DNA of 64,000 bases, taken from positions 109,060,001 to 109,124,000 of the forward strand of contig NC_058373.1 in assembly GCF_018350175.1 (NCBI RefSeq), in the 5' to 3' direction. The notes beneath the pieces are model-generated. The model was not told the DNA's origin. It searched no databases and saw nothing but the letters and a program-made list of their open reading frames with translations. Position 1 is the stretch's first letter. Each line of letters opens with the position of its first letter. This document shows positions 12,941-24,347 of the stretch, in pieces. The position numbers and the translations under genes were made by a program. This DNA comes from Felis catus (lineage: Eukaryota).

Positions 12941-14039
12941 ACATGCTGACATTCCTAATGCTGTATATAATTTTGTTTCATACTTTATAATGCACTTTCC
13001 ACTGTAAATCCTACTAGATCTCATTTGATACTATTCCTTTGTCCCAAGGAACACATCTAATATGTGGCTTTAGCTATTGCCTTGTAAGATAATTGCTGTG
13101 CCTCAGAGGGAACAATTACTAAAGTAGGGCAGTTGCAATACCTTCAAAGATATTTTTTCATAATGAAAGAAAATTTCTACAGCTTTTGTCTGGGAAACCA
13201 ATTCTAGTACATTTATTTAAGTATGTGTTAATTTTTACATTTGATTCCTAAAAGACTAATACAGCTTTTACTCAATATCACACACAAATTCTTCACTGTT
13301 GGGAAATACAGACGAAGTAGGTAAATAGTTTTTTCTATTGGAGTATTATCTTCTAGAAATATTTAGAAATGTATATCTAGTCTAGATGATATATTACTGT
13401 TTCAATCTTCTATAGTTGGAATCAAATTTACCTGAAATGTAATATTCTTGGGTATTTCTTAATTTGGGGGAATCTGCAAGCTGAAACTCAAAGGAGCCAA
13501 AATGATTAGGCACTTGGATTTACAGCCAGCCATTGACAGTTGGACCTAGAAGTTACTTTTCCTGATTTCTCTGTCCATTTTCCATTTCCTCCATGGGGTA
13601 TCCCTTATTTCTAGATCAGAATTGTGTTGCAAGAAACATTTTTTTTTCTCAAAACGTCTCGTATGAGTCAGGAGGCAAGAGTTTGCATGTATAAATTTGG
13701 CCAAGCCACTTACCCTTTCTAAACATCAGGTGTACCTCAAACCTATTTAAGGTAAATGGTTCTCTATTTTAGCAGAATGATACAGGCATTCCATGTAAAA
13801 TAAAGATCAATTGCTTATATTGAATCTGATGAGTGGCATAAGTATAGCATGTGTTCCCCCAGATAAACTGAGAATACAGTCTCTAAGTATTTGTTGATTG
13901 CAAAACAACCAAATTGTGGTGCAGATCTCTCCTCTTTCATTCACCACTTACATATTTCAATTTTCCATACAAGCAAAATTAGACATGCAAATGACTTTGT
14001 CCTGAATCTTTAGACCATCTCTATTCTATCCCAATTGTT

Positions 14040-14454
14040 ACAAATCATTAAAAACAAAAACAGACAACTCTTATAGAAAAATTAACATTTTACAAAATAT
14101 AAACAGCCATTAAACATATGAAATAGTGCTCATCTTAATTAGACATCAAGGGAGTGCAATTTAAAACCATAATTCATTACCCTTACACACTCACCAGAAT
14201 GGCTAAAAAGATTTTAAAAAGTAGTGTTAATGAGAATGTAGCAAAATTAAATTCTCATAAACTGGGGCATCTGGGTGGCTCATTTGGTTGCGCATCTGAC
14301 TTTGCTTTAGGTCATAATCTCACTCATGATCTTTGGCTCAGGTCATGATATCTCCTGAGTTCCAGGCCCACATCGAGTGGGCTCTGTGCTGACACCTCAG
14401 AGCCTGGACCCTGGTTCTGATTCTGTGTCTCCCTCTCTCTCTGCTCCCTCCCAC

Positions 14455-14499
<45 letters not shown>

Positions 14500-15180
14500 A
14501 ATAAATAAAAACATATAAAAAAATTTTTTTGAATTCTCATAAACTGCCGGTAGGTGTACAAATTCATACAACCATTTGGAAAACTGTTTTATGAGTGTCT
14601 ACTAAAGCTAAAGATAAACATAGTCTTGTTTGGAAATTTTACTCTTAGGTATATACTCCCTCCAAAAAATATTGTGCAAATGTAAATAAAAGGACATGTA
14701 TAAGGATGCTGGTAACAACACCAGTCATAATGGTTCCAACTGGAAACCCAGATGTATATATCAAGAGCAGAATGGATTAGTTGAAGTATTTTCATTCAGT
14801 AGAAAACTCTACAAGGAATGTTAATGAACTCCAGCTCTGTACAACATGAATGACTGCTACAAAACAATATTGAGTGAAAGAAGCCAGATACAAATCAGCA
14901 CATATTGTATCATTTCATTTATATAACTCTAAAAATTAAAAAAGAGGTAAAATTAATCTAAAGTGTTGAAAGTCAGAACAGTAGTTAAATCTTGGTGGGG
15001 GGGATTGGGTGTCATGAAAGCAATGGAGCAGGAAATAGGCTTCTGACATGCTTCCTGTTCCATTTCTTGGGCTAGATGCTGGTTACATGGATATGTTCAG
15101 TTTGTAAAAATCCATCAAGCAGTATTCTAATAGTTTATACGCTTTTCTATAAATGAGTTATATTTCAACTGAAATGTTAC
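14040..15180 (+). mobile_element. Old L1 (L1ME-like) 3' end
   Basis: ORF2 C-terminal remnant (catatgaaatagtgctcatc, accagaatggctaaaa) and 3' UTR gctggttacatggatatgttcagtttgtaaaaatccatcaagc. Confidence 0.8.
14265..14531 (+). mobile_element. CanSINE with internal duplication and long (CT)n
   Basis: TSD aattctcataaactg; the ctttggctcaggtcatgat segment appears twice. Confidence 0.95.
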
Positions 15181-15289
15181 TTACAAAATAAATAAGAACA
15201 TGTCTCATCCCCGGAGATTCGCAGTGTGGTAGCAGTAGACTCTCTCATTACCATGTCACAACAATGCAGTGGGACAATTTGGTCTATTA

Positions 15290-15480
15290 GAATTCATTAA
15301 AGATTTTTAGGAGCCCTTATTATGTGCAGGACAGGTTTGTAGGTGTTGAGGATAAAATGAATAAAATAAGCGTGCTGATTACAGCTCCATAAAGAACAAG
15401 GGTAATTTCAAAACAGGTAATTTCAACACAATATGTAAATGTAGAAGCAGAGGAATGTGCACAATGCTAAATAAAGACCA
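15290..15480 (-). mobile_element. L2 tail fragment
   Basis: attcattaa...gagcccttattatgtgcaggac...gtgttgaggataaaatgaataaaa. Confidence 0.55.
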
Positions 15481-15869
15481 GGACCTCTTTAATTTACCTC
15501 CACTTAATCAACATGACTAGCCTGACCATCACTTTCCATCCTCTTTGTAGAACACACTGACTGATGCCCATAGCACACCAGATGCTCTAGACTGCTGGGC
15601 CTGTAAACCTCTACAACCAACAGTTGAACTGTATGATCATTAATAGTTAGTTGTATGTATGTTTATCAGTAGAGTCTCTTGCTTCCCTTAAAGAAACCAA
15701 AATTGAAAAGGCTTTATTATTATCTTAGAGGCTTTATTATGCTATGCTTTACCTAACAAACACTACTCATGCCTCAAAACTTTAGTAATTGAATGAATAT
15801 TTTGTAAGGTTTTAAGTCAAAATATCTAACCAAAAGTTTTTATTAAACTACTAATTACTAAGCGATGCA

Positions 15870-16095
15870 CAATGCTTTGGTAAGAGTATAAGCTCTAGTG
15901 CCAATTCAATGTGGTTCAAATTGTGATCAATATATTCATTAGCTATGTGATTCTAGACAAGTTATTTAACCTTTTTGTGCCTCACTTACTTCATTTGTAA
16001 ATGGTCATTGTTGGGAATAAATACATTGCTGTATCTAAAGAACTTTGAAGAATGCCTAGCATATCATACGGATTTTCTTGGTCAATGTTAGCTGT
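15870..16095 (+). mobile_element. MIR
   Basis: tagctatgtgattctagacaagttatttaacctttttgtgcctcac core. Confidence 0.8.
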
Positions 16096-17470
16096 TAATA
16101 GTTCTGGTCCTATCACATCAGATAAGAGAGCTGTAGTATTAGAAGGTATAGGACAAATAGGATGAATCTTGAGAGAAAGAAGTAACTAGTGATAGTCCAT
16201 TACATGAAGCCACTAACATTGCCTGGTGTGGGAATTTGGGAAAAGCTTCACAAAACTTTGACCTGGATCTTAAATCATGAATAGCAATTCACCAAAGAAA
16301 TAAAGCCTGGAAAGAACTGTGAGCAGAGCAAAGCAGACGGCAGAAAGATGCAGAAGACTAAGATCACGGTGCATTTGAAGAACCTTTCATTTTTTTCTAT
16401 ATTCTTGGAGTCAAAGGTCTCTGGGAGTAAGAGATGGAAAGTTAATCTGGAAAGGTAATTTTTACATTTACTTTTAAAATTTCTCTTCTTCCTCAAAAGA
16501 CTATAACTTCCGTGACAGCGGTCACCATTTCTACTTTTTCCCCAATAAATATCATTTTATTGATTTGAAGTCAAAGAGTAAATTAAAATAATCTGCACTT
16601 TACATGCAATCTGGGTCTTTATTTTCTTTTCAGACTCTGAAAGAATACATTGTAAACATTTACTTTTATAGTTTGAAATGAAAATATACTCTTCATTTGG
16701 ACTTCATGGATTGTATGCATGGACAAGAAACGTGTGGATAAAGTATTGTTTTCTGATCATTTTACTAATAAAGCCAAAATAAAGTAGCTGCTAGGGTATA
16801 GTTATTTAATTTCAAGCATTGCCTTAGAATTAGTGATTCCTGTAGATAAGTCCATCGGACCTCTTTCAATGGTTATGGGGAGGCATAACCAAGAGAGGCA
16901 AAACCAATAACTTTACGGCAGTAATATCCACCATGGATCAATTAGTGCAATCAGGGGCACGGTAATCAATTTACACGACACATCCCTTCCGTTTATTTTC
17001 CTTTTGTTGTTCTTCACTATATGGAGACAAATCTCTCCAAATTGCTATTTCTTGTTTACTATTAACAGAATCAAGAAACCTATTTCTACATCTAATTAAG
17101 AACAACAATATGGGAGTGCTTATTTGTTAAATGAATCTAAGAAGATAATAATATAGAAAAATAAACCTTCATTTCTACTGGGAAGGCATTATGTACAATT
17201 AAAATCTGTCTTTACTAGAAGGCAGACTTCATCCCCCACACAAGGACACACATACCAAAAGCTGGTAGAGTAAAACTACAAAGACCCAATTTCAATTAGG
17301 TGATACTGAACTATGTTCCAAACAATAAGTATAGATTTGGAGGGTGGGTAGTAGCTATAGCATGTGACACTCTTTTCTAACAATACTATTTTTCCATTGG
17401 TTTTATTTGTAAACTAAATTTTAGAAGTTTAAAAATATAATTATTGTCCATTAAAAAAACACTAATCATA

Positions 17471-17620
17471 GGGTGCCTGAGTGGCTCAGTCAGTTATGCA
17501 TCCAACTCTTGGTTTCAGCTCAGGTCACGATCTCAGGGTTGATGAGACTGAGTCTCACATCAGACTCTGTGCTGACAGCATGGAGCCTGCTTGGGACTCT
17601 CTGTCCGTCTCTCTCTGACT

Positions 17621-17670
<50 letters not shown>

Positions 17671-17700
17671 CTTAAAATAAATAAATAAACATAAAAAACC
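17471..17700 (+). mobile_element. CanSINE
   Basis: Head, (CT)n and A tail; TSD cactaatcata. Confidence 0.95.
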
Positions 17701-18179
17701 CCACTAATCATATTGATGAGAAAAAAAACAAAAGAAATGAAGACAAAATGTCACTGAAAATATTCAATTCATTCTCTTCTTTTGAAACATAATATGAAGT
17801 TGTTATAAACAATGTGGATTCAGCAAATAGATGGTTTCTACATGGAATGTACACATTAATGGTACAATTTTTTGCTAAAATTTAAACCTCGACTATTTAT
17901 CTGCCTTACGTGATACTTGCTTTAAACTTTGGAAAAGAATGTGTTGTACTCAGCATGAACATGCTAATTATAATACTTGCAGGAATTTTATCTAGACCTA
18001 ATGAAATAATTCTGAAAATGCCACCATTGTTATGCGTTTAAGTAAGTTACAAATATACTATTTAAAAAACAGCACCCAAAAGAAGAGGAAAATAAAATGA
18101 TCTCAGTTATATAAGATGGATTTTGAGGGGTGAACATCAGTGGCCTCATTTCCATTGAGCATGTCCTACTACCAGACTA

Positions 18180-20545
18180 ATCTGATAAAGCCATGATCCT
18201 GAATCATCCCTTCAACTGGCCTTCTTGAGTTACACAGTCAAGTTGCTGAGCATCCAAAACTGAATGAGAAAATCCCTCAGTCATGTGTGATAGTTAAGGA
18301 TCTCCAACATCAACTGGGCTGTCAGTGGACAATTCTTGTCTTGGTCCATTTCTCCTTCTGCCACCCCTGCTCCTGCCCTGGTGAGTTTCAGAGAAATATA
18401 ACTCTCCCCACAATCTGCCCACATCCCACCCTCCCACCCTCAACAGATGATCTGTGCCTTCTTTATGAGGAAAATTGAGACAAAGAGATCAGCTCTCAAT
18501 TTCTTGCCTTTCCCTCTGGTCCACTCACCACCTACAGATTCCATACAACTGTGCCTCTGCTTCTCCTTTCCAATTTGAGAAGATGAAATGTTCTTACTTC
18601 TATTTAAAGCCAACCCCTTCACTCTGACTCTTTATCTGTCACCTGAATCCTCCAGGACTTTTCTCCATCAATTATCCTTATATCCTCCAATAGTGTTAAC
18701 TTCTTTTCTACTGACTTTTTATCTCAGCTTTTACCCATCTCTCCCATCCTGGTGCAGAGGGAGAATCTTCACAAAACTCAGCTCCGTCACTTTACTTTGC
18801 AACCACTTTAACTAATATTGTATCTTCTTACTGCTGTACTCAAACTAATTTTGTACTGAACATTTACCCCATTTACCCTTCTAGACCCAGTCCCACCCTT
18901 CCCTACCTGCCTTGGATGCTGGCCTGTATGACTACATCAATGGGCTTACTTGCTGCCTTGCTTCCAGTTGGGTTTGGCCAATGAGCAGCATTAGAATGAG
19001 ATGTAAGTGAAGAAGGAGAGTGAGGAATCAGAGTCTTTTTACTAAAGCTCCTCCTTGAGGTGTCACCATGGGCTGGCTTAATTCCTTGACTTAAACTTAA
19101 TTCAAGGTCATAGCTCCTGTCAGGCCGTCTTCTTGATACAGTCTCTCTCTATTTCTCCCCACCACCACCTCCTTACCCTCCTCTCTCTCCTTCATCTTAT
19201 CTCTTTTGGCCAATGGATGGTAATGGTGTGATATAAACAACCGATGGGTAGCATTATCCCTTATATTTAGAAACTGTGAGCAGTTGCTCACTTTATATAT
19301 AAACCTTTTATTTAGCCTCCTCAAATTACCCAGTAAAAGTCTGCCATTTATTTCCTGCTGGGTCCCGGTCTGATACAATTTTCTTGAAAACATAGTTTAT
19401 GTAGATAATACTTGCACACCTCTTATTCAGTCACCAACCCCCACATTTTAGCTCTTGTTCCATCATCCCTACACTAAAACTATTTTCTTTCTCTCTGGCC
19501 ACTATTATTAACCCCCACATATACAAGTCTAGTGGTCATTCTTCAGTTGATACTTTACTGAACATTTTTTTCTACATTTTACACTGCTGGACACTCCATT
19601 CTTCTAGTCATTCCCTTTTTATGTCACTAATGGTTTCCTCTTACTATTAAGTCTTTAACACTAATGCTCCCCCTATTTCAGTCCTTGGCCCAATGCTCTT
19701 TTAACATTATATGCTTTTCCTAAGTGAATTTTTCCACTCTCAAGACATCAAGCATACCCGACACTGTCTGAATCTAGCTATCTACATGTTGACACTACTA
19801 TCTGATGACACTTCAAACTCAGCATGGCTGATACTCAAATCGTTATACTATGCCTCAGAACTACGCCTACTTCTGTTTTCCGCTAGGCTAATGACTCCAT
19901 TTATTCAATCATAAGAGTCATCCTAGACTCATCTCTCTTCCCCACACCCCACCATATCAGCTTCCAGTCATGATTCATTGAAAATTATCATTCATACTTG
20001 CACCAGAGAGATATTTCTAAAGTGAAAATATGATCATGTCATTCCACTGCTTAATACCTTTAATAGCTCTAGTTTGAGCTCTTTCAAGGCACACGGGTGC
20101 TTTCTTCCTGCCCTGTTCCCTACCTATATCTTTAGTCTCAGCAGCTGAAACTATCAGGCCTGTTATGTTTTATTAATGCCAAATTGCTTATCTGTCCTAG
20201 TTCAAGTCATTACATGCTATGCTTCCATGCATTTTGAACTCTGTCTTTCTTACCAAAATGCTCTTGATCATGTAATTTGACTGTGTCCTCAGTGCTTTAG
20301 TGTAGCACCATTCTTTCCCAGGAAGCCTGTCCTCTTGCCCCTCCTATCTCACCCCCCTCTTCTGCTAGCATCATGCCTTCCCCACTATCCTCCTACTTGT
20401 AAGTGTCCATGCTTGGGCTCCCAGAATACCTTCAAGTCTCTCAGAGAATTTAAGATAGAGTATTGAAAGTATCTGTTTGCATCTCTCTCTACCTCATTAA
20501 ACCTAAAGTGCTCTAAGGCAGGGAAGATGACTTGGTCACCTTCTA
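18180..20545 (+). mobile_element. Long decayed L2, interrupted by LTR33
   Basis: cagatgatctgtgccttctttatgaggaaaattgag, atgatcatgtcattccactgctta, and tail ctctaaggcagggaagatgac. Confidence 0.7.
18852..19377 (+). mobile_element. LTR33-like ERVL solo LTR
   Basis: TG...CA ends; cttccagttgggtttggccaatg, aaggtcatagctcctgtcaggc, cctcaaattaccc; near-TSD aattt/atttt. Confidence 0.8.
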
Positions 20546-20590
20546 ACAATTGTAGACCACGGTTTCCTGTGGGATCAAAAGGAAGAGCTG

Positions 20591-20751
20591 GGGGTGCCTC
20601 AGTCGGATAAGCGTCCAACTCTTGATTTTGGCTCAGGTCATGATCTCACGGTTTGTGAGTTCGAGCCCTGCGTCAGGCTCTGCACTTACAGTGTGGAGCC
20701 TGCTTGGGATTCCCTCTCTCTCCTCCTTTCTCTGCCCCTCTCCTGCTTGTG

Positions 20752-20782
<31 letters not shown>

Positions 20783-20803
20783 TAAATACATAAACTTTAA
20801 AAA
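20591..20803 (+). mobile_element. CanSINE
   Basis: Head with short deletion in the A-box region, B box gagttcgagcc, (CT)n, A tail. Confidence 0.95.
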
Positions 20804-21160
20804 GAGAAGAAGCATTGGTATAATCAAATCTATGTTGGTGACATAAAGAGGTGACAAGAATGATGGAAGTACAATTGTAATCAGGAAGTGACTTGGGCGG
20901 GCACGGGAAAGACAGTGACCCAGGTTACAGGGCAGAACAGACCGTGGACAACAGTGAGGCAAGACGGCTCAGGACTGTAGGTGTTACCCTAGAGACCCCT
21001 TGAACTGAGGAGAGGGATATACTTGTCTCATTCAGACAAGTATTGTTGGTACTATGATCATCTAACCATAATAACAATATTAACAACAAAATCATAGCTA
21101 CTAATTAGCACTCGTAGGAATCACTGTGCTATACTCTATACTCTTTCTCTGTCTCTATGT

Positions 21161-21447
21161 GTGTATATAGATATAGATATAGATGATATAAATACAGATA
21201 GCTATAGATATAGATATAGATACAGAAATATAGATATACGGATATATACATATATAAATATATACATGTACATGTATATATTATATACATGTTTATATAC
21301 ATATATAATTATATACGTATATATTTATTTATATACGTATATAATTATATATGTATGTATATGTATACATTTATTTATATACATATATAATTATATACAT
21401 ATTTATATACATATATAAATATATGTATATGTATATATCTATATATA
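21161..21447. repeat. Compound AT-rich microsatellite (GATATA/TA/TATG)
   Basis: About 290 bp of near-alternating purine-pyrimidine sequence. Confidence 0.95.
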
Positions 21448-21511
21448 TTCCAATTAGTCAGTAAATACTATTGCTCATTACTTCTGTTCACACCACTGTA
21501 GTCTAAGCCAC

Positions 21512-21955
21512 TGTTACAGGTTTGTGTCCATCAAAAAGATATGCTGATGCGCTAAGCCCCAGTACCTCAGAATGTGACTTCATTTGGGAGGAGAGTCTTT
21601 ACAGAAGTAATCAAATTAAAATGAGGTCTTTAGGATGGACATTAATCCAGTATGACTGGTGTCCTTATAAAAAGGGGAAATTTAGACAGAGACAGACGTG
21701 CACAGTGGAAAGATGTGAAAAACTGCAGGGAGGAGATGGCCATGTGCCTGGAGGGCCGCATCTGCAGGCCAAGGAGCACCAGTGGTTGCTGGCCAACAAC
21801 AGAAGCTGGAAGAGGCAAGGAGGGATTCTCATCAGAGCTGTCAGACACACTTGAGCCCTGCTGACGCCTTGATTTAAGACTTTAGGCCTCCAGAGCCATG
21901 AGACAATACATTCCTGTTGTAAGGTTTTTGGTGCTTTGTTAAAGCAGCCCTAACA
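21512..21955 (+). mobile_element. MLT1C-like MaLR solo LTR
   Basis: ccccagtacctcagaatgtgac, taatccagtatgactggtgtccttataaaaagggg, agaagctggaagaggcaagga. Confidence 0.85.
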
Positions 21956-21959
21956 CGGC

Positions 21960-22670
21960 ACTGTGGCCACCAGTACCCGGGGGTTGCAAAGCCTCCCCGC
22001 TAGTCTCTTACTCTGCACTTCTCCCTCTCCACCCCACTCCACTTCAGTTATCCGTTCTCAAAATAGAAGGTGGAAGCAAGAGTGAAGCCTTCAGAATGTA
22101 CATGGTGCCATATTAGTCTTCCACTAAAATCCTCCAGTGTCTTCCCATCTTATTCAGAATAGAAACCAAAGTCCTTACAGTGGACTCTACAACTCTTCAC
22201 CTTCTGACTTTATCTCCTGCTAGTCTCCCCTTGCTTACCCCAGTCCAGCCCCACTGGCCTGCTTTCTTCCCTCACACATGCCAAGAAAACTCCTGTTTCA
22301 GGGCCTTTGCACTTGCTGTTTCCTCTGCACGTACCCCCTAGATATCCATAAGCCCGGCTTCTTCATCTCTCTTAGGTCTGTGCTCAAGCATCCCTTTTGT
22401 GATGAGGCCTGATTATCCTGTAGACAATTGCTTTGCAGCTCCCTGCAAATGCCCTACTCCCTTCCCTTGCTTGATTTTCCTGCACAGTGATCACCACCAT
22501 CTAATATACTGTATATAGTATTTACTTTTGTCATTGCTTTCCCAACATGAATTTAATCTTAACAAAGACTTGATACATTCGTTTGTTCTTTGAGGTATGC
22601 TGAGTGCCAGGAACACACAGAATCTGGAACATAAAAAATGCATAAGGTTGATCTGTTGAGTGAATAAATT
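21960..22670 (+). mobile_element. L2a 3' part
   Basis: tcagggcctttgcacttgctgtttcctctgc and terminal gttgagtgaataaat. Confidence 0.8.
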
Positions 22671-22749
22671 ATTCCTTATACCTTAAAGATAGCACAAAGT
22701 AGTAGAATGAATACTGACTGCCACTGAAGAAGGAATTCCTGGGGCCTGT

Positions 22750-22945
22750 ACCCCCACTGAATCACTTACTATGGGTAAATGGCCTGGGGTTAGTTGCTTC
22801 TGAGTCTATTTATTCATCTGTGAAAATGAAGAGAATAAAATCTCTTTTATCTATCTCACAGTGTTGTTCTGAGGGTCGGCTTGGATGATGCATATAAAAT
22901 TACATCTGTAATCTTTACACTGTTATATAAATATTAGCTATTATT
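22750..22945 (+). mobile_element. MIR
   Basis: ttctgagtctatttattcatctgtgaaaatgaag...ctatctcacagtgttgttctgagg. Confidence 0.7.
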
Positions 22946-23707
22946 AAAATAAATCTATTCAAAGTTTTATAGAATGGAAGTGATTCCGTGTGTTAAGAGG
23001 TAATTAATAAAAGATGACATTCTTAATTGTTGAGAAGTCAGACTTACTGCAAATAGGTTCTAAGAAAAGAACAAGAAAAGGAATCCTTGTCAAGCATTGC
23101 TTAAAGATTTTTAAAAAGTGGGAGCTGCAAAGTGCAACGTTCATTACTAATAGCTATTACTTGCTAAGAGTTACTAAACATGCTTGCAAATATAGCAAAA
23201 TACTTAAGAGCCCAGGACATTTAAGCTTTCTTGGTGCCACAAAGAGCTCATTATAAAGTGAATGAGACTCAGCATTATTGACTGAGAGTGTATCACTTCA
23301 GTTAAAAAGAGCAGAGAAAATATTTTAAAGTATCATATTGTGGTTCCTTTAATTTACCTTGCCCACTATGATGTATACATGCTAACAATGCCCCTGCCAA
23401 GTAAGTATTCCATGAATAATGTGCAGTTTGTGTCCATCTCCCTATTGGATCCTACGATCATACTTAAGACATCCGGAATCAACTTACCATCTATCAAACA
23501 GTTAAATAGGAAGCATTTCTCAAATATATACTGAGGGCCAAGCACAGTGCCTAATGGAATGAGCAATGATAAATGAAACCTGGTCTCTCTCTTTTAAAGT
23601 AATTTGCAGTCTAGTTAGGAACATACAGCCATTTAGAACCTCAATACAAATCAAACTATAAGAGGCTCTTCAATAAAAGGAATGCACACATAAAAAAGTA
23701 CATTGCA

Positions 23708-23884
23708 GAGGCACCCGGGTGGCTCAGTCGGTTGAGCGTCCAATATTATGATCTTGCAGTTCGTCATTCAAGCCCCGTGTCAGGCTCACTGCTGTCAGCG
23801 CAGAGTCGGATCCTCTATCCCACCCTCTGTCTGCTCTTCCCTTGCTCACACACTTTCTCTCAAAAACAAATAAAAATTAAAAAA
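23708..23884 (+). mobile_element. CanSINE with small deletions
   Basis: gcacccgggtggctcagtcggttgagcgtcc head; A tail. Confidence 0.9.
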
Positions 23885-24126
23885 TACATTATGAAGGAGG
23901 GAAACTGAGGTCATCTGAAAAATTTTTTAGAAATGGTGCTATTTTAATTAGGTCTTAAAAGACTTCAGCAGGAAGACAAGTGTGAAGAGGACGTTGGGGC
24001 GTGCAAGGCAGAGGGAATAATGGGAAAAGAGCAGCAAAAGTTTCGAAAAGAATTTAGACAGATATGCGATGACTTTATCTGTTAAGTAGGTTTTAAGGGC
24101 AACATGGTTATTCAGGAGTCATCCTT

Positions 24127-24347
24127 TTTCTTTTTCTTTTCTTTTTTAATGTTTTATTTATTTTTGAGACAGAGACAGAGCATGAACAGGGGAGGGGCAC
24201 AGAGAGAGGGAGACACAGAATCCGAAGCAGGCTCCAGGCTCTGAGCTGTCAGCACAGAGCCCGACGCGGGGCTCGAACTCACGAACCGTGAGATCATGCC
24301 CTGAGCCAAAGTCGGACGCTTAACCGACTGAGCCACCCAGGCGCCCC
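24127..24347 (-). mobile_element. Young feline CanSINE
   Basis: CpG-rich; TSD tc(a/g)ggagtcatcctt. Confidence 0.97.

Noticed and set aside
21161..21418. Tyr/Ile-rich 85-aa ORF
   Set aside because: Translation of the TA microsatellite
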